From positions 186,001 through 250,000 of the forward strand of contig JAQGDQ010000278.1 of assembly GCA_030141605.1 (NCBI GenBank): a DNA stretch of 64,000 nucleotides. The letters are read 5' to 3'. A program made the position numbers and the translations under genes. This DNA is from Tubiluchus corallicola. Lineage: Eukaryota > Animalia > Priapulida. Below the pieces are notes generated by a model. That model ran no database searches. It had not been told where the DNA came from and saw only the letters and a program-made list of their open reading frames with translations. Of the stretch, positions 54,901 to 64,000 are shown piece after piece (position 1 is the first letter of the stretch; each line of letters opens with the position of its first letter).

Positions 54901-57900
54901 ATATCGCTACAATCTCAGCTATAGATATAAGATTAGGGTCATGGATGAATACAATGAATCGGCTTCGGTCACAGTTACAATTCTGATACAGATTATTGAA
55001 AAATGCTTGATGCTTTTGAATCTCAAACTAATACCAATCAGTCATCCTATCACTAAAAAAATCATTCATGGAAATGTTTCAAGTATTATGCTTACCTAGA
55101 CCCATCTCCACAGACAAGAATTAGTTCCAGATTCGTTTCTTTAATGACGCCAACCCATGGACCCAGAGTTATTACGCAATCAACACAAAATGCCTACATA
55201 GATAAATTATTAAAGCAGCTGTATCAACTGATTCCAATCTAAGTTTAATAAAGCTATCAAAGTAATTGGACAAAGAGATGTAATTTACAGGCGGCTTTAA
55301 TTTCCTTGCATTTCTTACACTAGAAATACATTTTTATTTCGCACGCACGCACACACACACGCATATATAAACTTCGCTGGTACAGATATATATATATACA
55401 TATGTATAAGAGTCGAGGCTACAGCTCCGACGATGGCACCATTTGCGGCGATCTATATATCAAATGAAAGATCTCAATCTCGTGTGGTCTCATTGGGGGT
55501 TTATTTTTCGAATCTGGTTCACCAAGCTATGTGGGCTATATTTCAGTACACATCCACTCAGAGGAGTGCCGAACGAGTTAATTAGATGTTCTATTTTTGG
55601 CAATTTTCGCTTGGAAAACTGCTGACGCAAAGCCATTGTTCTGCTGTCATCCATTAAACTCTGTCTGTAAACTTATAACTTTAATTCGGTAAAGGCTACT
55701 GGCTTTGCGTTATAAATGAAGACTATGTAGGATGTTCGCGTATTTTTGATAACGAGCGTGATTATACGCAAAATTTTTTGCGGGGCCTTTGCTAGTATAT
55801 ATATATCTTCATTATACATAATTCTATATTCATTGTACATGTTCTATACATGTTCATCATCTATATATATATATATACACATCTCGGTTTGCCGGACAAA
55901 AGCAGGCAGACATTGGTCCGAATTTGCCAATACTAAGTTAAAGCAGTTTGCGATGTGTATTAGACTCACGGTAACATAGAACCAATCACTTAATTGTCTC
56001 AAAAACATCTAGATAGTGCCGCTCCTATGTAAAAACATATAAAAACTACAGGCAAAATGCTTAAATAAGATACTTTTGTCAGATCATTGAACTTTAACCA
56101 ATTGTTACAGTAATGCAATGATGTAAGCATAGTGATGACCCGCCAACTAGCGGTCAGCTCACGAAACAACAGATTGTGTCTGTAGTATGCGGGACTTTTT
56201 AAAGGTCTAGATTTTGTCAGATTCTTCCGATAAAAGCTAGGTCCGGCAAACTGAGATATGAGTGTATATAATGAATATATGTAGGGAGAGATGCTGAAAC
56301 TCAGTTTATAACTATAAGGCTTTTTTAACTTGTCCTCTAGTATTAATACAGGGCTAGGCTCTGCATAAACTGGCATAATACACCTCTCTGCCAGTTTGAA
56401 CATTTGCATGTTATACAAATATGCATATTTGAATGATTATTTAAATCTTAAATAAAAAACATAAATAGCAATAATACCTGAAGAGGCATTAGATCTTTAG
56501 ATGAGACATTTTCAATCTTACTATCTGTTTCCACAATCTGCACATCAGCCTTGATAGTTAAACTTCGACAATATCCGCTAGGACCATCTTTTGCTGAGAT
56601 ATAACGAACTACATCTCCAGGCATCAAACTCCGATCAGCTAATTTCAGCTAAAGTATATAGTGTACAGAATATTAAACACTAAGCACTACCCAGCTACAT
56701 ACATTTGTAATCAAAAACATATAAAGTACAAACTAAAAATATTTCTAAAGGAGCTATATGTGTTACAAGCATAAAGAAAAATTTTGCATAAATTTGTAAA
56801 ATGCCATTAGTAATAATACCTGTTTTGTAAAAGTTTGAGTTAAACATTTAAAAAATAATGATTTAGCGCACAAACTTAATTACTAATGACATAGATTAAG
56901 CAGCATTGGCAGCTCGTAGCTAAAATTAGTAGGGGTGCTGCTGCAGAGAAATTTTAGCCATTGTTTTAATATTGTGTAAAACGAAACAAACATATAAAAA
57001 GAAAATTTATGCATAAATTAGAAAAAATTCAAAACAATAAAATATTTTCTCTTACTAATTGCCTAAATTGTTACAGTTCAACTTAAATTAATCTAACTAA
57101 TAAGTCTAATCTAATCTAAGTAACTCTAAATTGATCAATACACTTAGAAGCAAAATTCATTTTTATTTTACTTTGCGCAAAAAAATTAATAATTTTCTCA
57201 TTGATCGACATTGCGTGAGCGACTATGCAAGGCCGCATATGCACAGCAGTCAAACACCACGCTGATGGACCTGTGAGGTGCACAGTTCCGCCATGTGTTC
57301 TGCTTCCGTACAAGTATAAAGAAATAATTAAAGAAAAAAAGACTTATCACAAGAATATTAGCGATAATATTCGAGTGAAAATAGTGGGTGCTGCAGTCCC
57401 ACTGTGCCTATACACAAGCCACCACTGTTAGGCAACTACCTGTATTCAAAGAATATTTATATACAGAACATTCCACGAAACCGATCTCACTAACATACAC
57501 CTATGAATTAGGAAGGAGTTTTTATTATAAGATATGGTATGAATCACAGCCGGTATATTTTACAGGTGTTTTAAATATTGACAAGTATGTACATAACGCG
57601 AGATGTAAGAACATAACAATTCAGGCTTCATAAAGCATGACTATCGTGAAAGCTTCTTAATCTCTTCTTTTTAAAGGAAAAGGAATATTTCTATGTTCGC
57701 AAAAAATATTAGAAGGCTCTAGTAATAAAACTGCAAAAAGCGCCTCGTGTAATTAGCAAAATCACTTTAAAGTGGAGATCACTTCATGGCACTCCCATTT
57801 TGAATGTCATTCGTCCTGAAGAATAACGTACTGTCAATCTCTGTCAAAAAACTATTTGATAGCTGATTAGGTAAGCTGCAGAAGTATGAATTAGTTTAGT

Positions 57901-59500
57901 TTAAGCAGCCTGTGCTCACGGAAAGCCACGATGGGCTTACGAAAAGTCACAAAGTTTCCCAGTTAAGTCTTAATTTTCAAATGAATGGCGACAATCACCA
58001 TGCTGGAAAACTTCTATTCTGAGGTAGATATTTTAGATTTAAGCTTTATAGAAAGTTTTTTGCAAATTTTTGTTTGTTATATTTTTCTAAATTTAAGTGA
58101 AGTAAAACCGGATCCAATCTTAAACTGTAGGTCAAAACAATCTACTCTTTAAAATATTGAAAAGAAACATGCTATTTTTCCTAAAATGGCTTACATGAAA
58201 GAATTACTACTACATAACACAATTTCGCGCTCGTGCCAATAGTTCTTCGCTGTTACATGTATTTCGCCATTTGCTAGTTAGACGGGTACTAATGCCTGCA
58301 TTTCGGAAACGCGTTTAAAAAAAAACAATTGCTGTATCTCGCAGTTCAGATGTATTGGTTTCTCACGAACTACACGCATGACAGCTCACGTGTGAGCACA
58401 GCAGTAAATTTGAAATTTTATTTTACACATGCCTAGGTTTAGTACAACACACGTGCTTTTGCAAACACGTGCAAAACGCTAGTGAAATGTTTTTGCTGTT
58501 GTTAGTTTCACGTTATTATGTTAGTTTGTGATGTCATCAATAGTTGGGCTCGCCCGCTGTTAATTAAGTTTCTAATCTATTATTTAATTTTCAGAAGCAC
58601 TTTTGCAGTATTAATCGGGTTAAAATGTATACTTTTTATCAGACTTGTTCATTCCTTTAAATTTACCAACACTCTTTGACAAACTGTTCCTGTTACTTTG
58701 CTTGAAATTCACGATTATACTTTACAGCTTTACCTTACCAATCACTTGAAATTCTACTGCTTTGTTTTATTTTATTTGATTTCATAACAAGCATGCTTCA
58801 CTTGTAATCTTAATATATTCACAGAAAAAGGATGGTTTGACTTGATGACCGCTTACGGTCTTTCACTATCCTGTTTTCACATTTTAAGCAACTTATTATT
58901 GTACTACTTTATGATGTTTGGATAGAAATAAACTATATCTGAATCTGTTTAAGTTCACTACATGGTGAGAGAAAAATGTACTTTTGGCAATTAATTCTTG
59001 CACAGGGTTTGAACAATTTCTTAAAATAAAAATGAGTGGACAGCAAAAGTATAGCTTTGAAATATTTTATCACAGCTAAGGTGGTTGTTTCCATTTGAGT
59101 AATTAAACATCACACAGAGGTCAGCAGTTTCTGTTCTTTGTTGGAGAGAACAAATCTCTCACAAATGTAATATTTAAAATGAATAAATCTGAAAAAATAT
59201 CTCAAGACGTAAATTAGCTGCTACAGCCTATATATAACAGCAGATATCAAATTTTTTAACTCCCAATAGTGAAATGTGGTCAGCTACCTTCTTTTCAGGA
59301 ATCACTTGTACGTTGCCTTTCGGATGCCACGCAACTCTCACTTGACCTCTCTTTAAAATAAATTCCTCGTCCGAAGATGAGCTGCTATCATCGCTACTAC
59401 TGTGCTCCCAATTTTTTAAAACTAACCCATACTCTGGCTCTCCTTTCTTGTTGATTCGATAAACACAATCTTCTTCGAAGTATCTGCAAGAACTAGCCAT
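36928..59500 (-). CDS. UBE2O: E2/E3 hybrid ubiquitin-conjugating enzyme UBE2O, about 1149 aa
   Basis: 18 phase-consistent exons totalling 3450 nt: 59500-59288, 56648-56478 ([12 protein letters not shown]), 55193-55096, 54438-54222, 53177-53062, 52419-51858, 50278-50173 ([13 protein letters not shown]), 50085-49880, 49126-49004, 47978-47896 (SWETES), 47464-47294, 46996-46473, 45357-45257, 43937-43674 ([31 protein letters not shown], catalytic Cys), 40874-40777 ([23 protein letters not shown]), 39021-38860, 37939-37851, 37073-36928 ([11 protein letters not shown]). Confidence 0.95.
38241..38837. mobile_element. Old hAT-like MITE
   Basis: Imperfect TIRs cagtggcttacctag / ctggctacacccctg; subterminal ggggagca / tgctcccc. 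Confidence 0.5.
41403..42286. mobile_element. Tc1/pogo-type MITE (family A, long copy)
   Basis: TA|CAGTAGGTGCCGCTTAATAGACT ... AGTCTATTAAGCGGCGCCTACTG|TA; 23-bp TIR with one mismatch. Confidence 0.92.
42342..43164. mobile_element. Tc2/pogo-type MITE (family C) containing a nested hAT MITE
   Basis: TIRs ctgtacatactcgcatataagcc / ggcttatatgcgagtatatacgg; internal ggggggtcggcttatatgcg repeats. Confidence 0.88.
42513..42785. mobile_element. hAT MITE nested in the family C element
   Basis: TIRs cagtggtgtattg / caatacaccactg with a perfect 8-bp TSD tgtgtcac (42505-42512, 42786-42793). Confidence 0.92.
43234..43551 (+). mobile_element. Tc1/pogo-type MITE (family B, short copy)
   Basis: TA|CAGTATGTCCTCGCCTAA ... 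TTAAGCGAGGACTTACTG|TA. Confidence 0.88.
44491..44862. mobile_element. Old hAT-like MITE
   Basis: Ends caaggccgaattat / ataatccgacccag; subterminal gcctaggg motifs. Confidence 0.5.
45427..45658. repeat. Compound (AGT/AGC/GGT/GGC)n microsatellite, probable expanded SINE tail
   Basis: About 230 bp of triplet repeats abutting the 3' end of the minus-strand SINE. Confidence 0.92.
45659..46174 (-). mobile_element. tRNA-derived SINE
   Basis: Minus-strand head ggtggtgtagctcaatggcagcgtgctcg...gaggttgcaagttcaactccc carries Pol III A and B boxes. It is followed by a non-tRNA body (gtcataccaaagacttaaaaagtggtacc), AATAAA and a (TAC)n tail. Confidence 0.75.
55385..55797 (+). mobile_element. Candidate non-autonomous Helitron-like element between TA repeats
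   Basis: GC-richer block flanked by (AT)n, ending in a short palindrome (cgcaaaattttttgcg) followed by CTAG|T. Confidence 0.45.
55878..56264. mobile_element. TIR element inserted in (TA)n
   Basis: atctcggtttgccggac (55881) and gtccggcaaactgagat (56241) are 17-bp inverted repeats with one mismatch; tatata on both flanks. Confidence 0.75.
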
Positions 59501-59789
59501 AATTTTCTCAAACACGAAAAGGATTATTTACTTCGGTAAACCAGACTTACGCTGGTTACTGGCGGGGCGAAATCGAACTTCAAGTGCAATTAAAAAGCAA
59601 ACAAAATCTCTCATTCACGGTCTCATTCTATTCGGTTTACGTTCGTTTTCTAATTCAAATTTTAACTATGGTTTATTTCTATAATTATTAAATGCAATAG
59701 ATTATAGAAGAGAAGAAAAACTTATGACGTGAAATCTAGGAATAAGGAAAAAAGAGAGCAATACAATTCCAAACGTGCACATTAAAATA

Positions 59790-60750
59790 GCACAGGTAGA
59801 CCTGGCTTAGGAAAAAATACACGGTAAAAGTGGAGCAGAAAGGTTTCACAGGAAAAAGGGCAAAAATTTAATAGGAAAAAGCAGGACAAAATGGCACTCT
59901 TAAAAAAATGAAATTAGGGTTAGTATCACTGAGCTGATAATTATTTTTAACCTCTGCCAAAAAAGTTTTGCTCCAATGCAGCTTATATGTTTGTGCGGTT
60001 GTTTTTTTGCCCATTAAACAGCAGTAATTATGCGAATTATTAAAAAAACTATTTAATGTTATACACTTGACAAATTTTCACGACATTTTATTTAGAAGGT
60101 GGGTAGGGGAGAGAAAAGATACATTTTGAAGCAGATTCCTGGGCAGAGGGAGGAGGTGAAAACTATTAAAATGAACGTTTTTTGCTCGTTCTTCTTGTCA
60201 AAATAATTTTTTTGCTAAACATGACATACATAAAACACCCGTGAAGCACTTCATTGGCGTCTCAGCAGGAGTGTTATAGTTTTTGGAAAAGTAAAAGTTG
60301 GCTACAAGATAGAGTAATTCTTTTTCATTATCACTACCAGGATAAAAAACAAATATAATTAAGTATTCCAAGTTCTGTTTCAGGAATTCTCGCTTGAAAG
60401 GCTAATTAACGTTGTCTATGACCTTTGATTATGCATGCATATAGTCTTATAAGCTGGCTTTGCATGTAGATATATAATGTTGCCAGTTTATTGTACTATC
60501 GCCAAGTAGTTAAAGAGATATAGATATAGACTTCACACACTATAGTATGTGCAATGTTCGTGATGAATGACTTAGGATTTTGATACCTTGGCAGAGATCT
60601 GCTTTTTACTCTGCCAATCATTCACGACATTTAGTCTAATTATAGAAACTATATGCATTGAAATAAATGTGTGCCATTTTGTCATCCGTTCCCATTTGCA
60701 TCACTTAGTCCTGCATGATTTTTAACTGTGTCATTTTTACCTACAACCAG
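59790..60750. mobile_element. Helentron/HINE-like non-autonomous element
   Basis: Perfect 13-bp inverted pair gacaaaatggcac (59885) / gtgccattttgtc (60671), ggaaaaa..cac repeats and a ttagggttag motif. Boundaries approximate. Confidence 0.5.
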
Positions 60751-61724
60751 CAAGCAAAATATATGTCATGGATTTTCTACAATGCTTAAAAATTCAAAGT
60801 TAATCAAAGAAAAAATAAGAAGAATAGCCATTAATTGCAGCATATATTATGCAACACTGTATTAATTACTACTAATGTCACCATTAACAATAAAAAGTCT
60901 ACATTTTCCCAGACCCTCAAATCTGTTCTCCATTCTAAAAACTTCAGTCAGATCAAGCCTCATTTGGATATATAGTTATGCGCATTAATCTGTCCCATTT
61001 CTGTTCATATGTTAATTCCTTTAAACTACGGCACTCAGTCGAGTTTACGGCTCTCTTTTGTACGCATTTAAGCAATCTAATATCTGGTTTTCATATGCCT
61101 GCATGAGTAATCATTATGTGTTCCATATGAAACTTTTGTACCATTTTACTATTACACATTTGTCCTTATTAATAGAGGATCTTTTTTGTCATGCCTAAAG
61201 TTCTGCTTGCTTTTCTGATTGCTTCCACCCTCTAATTGCTAGATTTTAGCAACTCATTTGTTAACATTTCCTAGTCTCAACTTTTCATTCTTCTGTAAAA
61301 ACGCCAATAAAAATACTCCTTAACATGATTATTGCTTACAAATCGTCTACCACAATGGTACCATTCTTACCGATCAATTGTCTAACCATGTTCTTATAAG
61401 CTCAGCTCATTCCTTACGTAACCATAAAAATTAGGGTTGTCCTTTTTTGTCGTAGTTACTCTTCTTTTGTACATTCTTCTAGCTTTTCTTATTTCCTTAG
61501 TCAAGTTCTTCGCTAATGTTTCATTGGGTGACCACACTCAATGTAACACATTGTACACTAAAGTTGGCTTGTCAAAAATTTGGGTTAAAAAACAATCTTC
61601 CACTACTTCGACAAAATTACATTCTTTGATCTCGAATCGTATTTGAAACAAACTTAAAGTGAAATAACTAGCTGTTTTGTACCGAAACGTTGATTAACTT
61701 TATCTTTGGATAACTCAATTCAAA

Positions 61725-62015
61725 ATGGTGGCTGCCATGAAAAGTTTGGGGATTAATATCTTTTATCGCCGATTAATGCTACAAACATCGGTACATAAAA
61801 CATCGTGTTTCATATCAACCACTTCAATTACGAAAGCAATAGTTTTCGATAGTGGTGCTGTCTTACCGAAGCCGCATGTTATTAAATTTGGGTGGTTGAA
61901 AGCGTTGGCGGCCTCCTTACCAGGTCTCTTCGTAGGTGCCACTCTTGCTAAAACTGGAGCTGCTGTCCTGGAAGAACATGACATCTTTGTGCCGGAAGAT
62001 GATGATGAGGATTAG
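61725..62015 (+). CDS. SMDT1: Essential MCU regulator (EMRE), subunit of the mitochondrial calcium uniporter
   Basis: 96 aa ORF with a basic presequence, SGAVLPKP, one transmembrane segment (PGLFVGATLAK) and the diagnostic acidic C-terminus LEEHDIFVPEDDDED. Confidence 0.95.
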   Translation: MVAAMKSLGINIFYRRLMLQTSVHKTSCFISTTSITKAIVFDSGAVLPKPHVIKFGWLKALAASLPGLFVGATLAKTGAAVLEEHDIFVPEDDDED

Positions 62016-62121
62016 TGCAATTGTTAAACATTAATGACTTAAAGTGTTGAACTATTTTTGTGAAAAGTAAGTATGATAAGCATAAAAAGTTAATTCCAGC
62101 AAGTTTATGCAGCTAGAAGTA

Positions 62122-64000
62122 TAGTAAGTCCTCGCTTAACGACGCTAATGCGTGCCACTAGTGGTGTACCGCAAGGTTCGGTATTAGGTCCGTGTTTATT
62201 TGTGGTATTTATAAAAGACTTGCCTAGTTGTGTGAGTAATTCTCTTCGTCTTTTTGCCGACGACAGCAAAATCTGGTCTGAATCTGATTCTTTTACCAGC
62301 TGTAATGATCAGCTGTAATCAAGGATCTTCAATTGGATCTAGAAGGGCTCTGTGATTGGGCAGTTGAAAATGGTATGCAGTTCCATCCCAACAAGTGTAA
62401 GGTTGTATCTGTGGGAGCAGGATATGAGTATAAATACAAAATGTATGATGCAAGTGGCAATCCGGCAGAATTGGACTTTAGTGCTTGTAAGAAAGACCTT
62501 GGATTATTACTTGATAATAAACTAAATTTTAAAGATCACATAGCAGAAATCATAAAGAGTGCCAAACGAAACAATGCTTTAATAAGGAGGAATTTCAAGT
62601 ACCTAGATCTGCAAACTTTCAAGCTTCTATATGTGGCACTTGTGCGATCAAAAGTGGAGTATGGAAGTAGTATTTGGAATAGTCCTAGGGCATATATAGT
62701 GGACCCAGTCGAAACTGTCCAAATGAGAGCTTTCAACATGTTACCGGAACTAATGAACTTGACGTATGAAAGTCAGTTAAAACGAATAGGTTTAACTACA
62801 TTAGCTTTTAGACGTTTACGTGGCCAACTAATTGATGTATACAAATATGTATCTGGAGTTTACAGCTGTGATGATTGTCCTGTTAAATTAGAAGTACATC
62901 GTACAGCAAGATCAGGTCCTATTCTTCATAAATCAAGAACTGCACACAAAACTGGTAAATACGACTATTTTTCTTGTACGATGCCAGAAATCTGGAATAG
63001 ATTGCCCTGTGATGTGAGAACAGCAACATCTGTAAATTTATTTAAATCAAAATTAGATAGACACTATGAACATCATCCATTGAAATTTAATCACCGTGCT
63101 AATTGGAACATGCCTATAACAAGGATGCTGGATTACATATTATAGTGAGAAAACTTGCCAGTGGAGTCACCTAGGTGTTGATGACAATCTATTAAATGTG
63201 CAATTTGTCGCAATTACAGTCGAAGAACTATTTGTCTCAAAAGTTATATTATAACTACTGGAGATTTACTACTACTACTACTACTACTACACTAAAATGC
63301 GTCGTTAAGCGAAACGTCGCTAAACGAAACATTGTTTTCCCTGAGAAGTCATGTAAAAGCATGCAGCTGCGTTCCAGGAGTAAAAACTAAGCTTGGCTAT
63401 GTTAAAAGCTTCAGTTATCTTGCAGGAAAAAAATCAGTAAGGTTTACCTGATAAATTAAATGCTTAATATGGTTTATTGCTTACAGTTCTGTAGCTTTTC
63501 TTTAATTAAAATGCTACAGTTTACTGTGTAAACAAAATATTACTGGTAAAATTTAAATCTGAACTGTAGTCTCCTCCCCTCCTTCAGTCATTTTTTGCTC
63601 TTCCTCTTATTTCTTTTGTTTTTTATAAAAATACTCCATTGTTGGTTGTTTTGATTTTTTCTTTTATCTGCTAACACTTCTTTATAGCATTGCATTGCTT
63701 TCGCTACATACTCTTCACTTTTGAGCTCCATTCTGGGTCACTGTCATTTTCACATAAAATGTGAAGCCCAGTATCAATGTGTTTAAAAAGCTTCATACAG
63801 GTGCACTGTGGTTCAGGAGATGAGTTGTCATCTTCTTCCAAAAAAACTTGTTGTTCATGTATGCTCTTCTTGTATGTCATGCTCTTCTATGTCATTGAAA
63901 CCTGTAGCTTTTGCAATTTATAGCATCTCTTCATTTACAGAGTGAATGAACTCCACCTTTTCTGTTTTTGTTTCACACTCTGCCCATAAATTATGCCACG
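62122..64000 (+). mobile_element. Family B Tc1/pogo-type element interrupted by the LINE; right end not seen in the window
   Basis: Left end tagtaagtcctcgcttaacgacgctaatgc. The sequence resumes at 63290 (cactaaaatgcgtcgttaagcgaaac), collinear with the 43234 copy. Confidence 0.7.
62161..63289 (+). mobile_element. 5'-truncated CR1-like LINE with a (TAC)n tail
   Basis: Begins in the RT core (SGVPQGSVLGPCLF..LFADDSKI), is frameshifted near 62300, then runs as a 270-aa ORF 62333-63145 (KDLGLLLDNKLNF, LYVALVRSKVEYGSSIWN, WNRLP..FKSKLD). Short 3' UTR and (TAC)n tail. Confidence 0.92.

Noticed and set aside
55999-56418. 139-aa minus-strand ORF
   Set aside because: It crosses a TIR element boundary, has no recognisable motif and is not needed for the UBE2O reading phase.
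59914-59924. Telomeric repeat
   Set aside because: Fewer than two TTAGGG units, and they lie inside a repeat-like element.
62333-63145. Domesticated or novel reverse-transcriptase system next to EMRE
   Set aside because: It is 5'-truncated within the RT, frameshifted near 62300, and has a retrotransposition tail and TSD, so it is an ordinary dead LINE copy.

Overview
AT-rich animal (invertebrate-like) nuclear DNA with spliced genes and many transposon relics. It is not prokaryotic, and I saw no CRISPR array, rRNA or intact tRNA. I built gene models by hand from GT-AG splice sites and checked reading phase across every junction. (1) Last coding exon of a delta-9 acyl-CoA desaturase (+, 281-533). 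(2) A BAR+RhoGAP gene of the ARHGAP17/44 (RICH) family (-, 11 exons from 18357 to 1196). It appears to continue out of the window, so the desaturase is probably nested antisense in one of its introns. (3) A C6orf136/DUF2358 homologue (+, 5 exons), head-to-head with the RhoGAP and preceded by a candidate spliced uORF. (4) DUSP12/YVH1 (-, 8 exons). (5) UBE2O (-, 18 exons, about 1149 aa). (6) Single-coding-exon EMRE/SMDT1 (+), head-to-head with UBE2O. Non-coding DNA holds Tc1/pogo-type and hAT-type MITEs (some nested), CR1-like LINE fragments, a tRNA-derived SINE, Helitron/Helentron-like elements, a minisatellite and local tandem duplications. I found no clear wholly new system. The best leads are the nested desaturase, the uORF, a LINE-in-MITE insertion with microhomology at both ends, and a possible EMRE 3'-UTR intron at the NMD boundary. 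All family assignments come from recalled motifs, not database searches.
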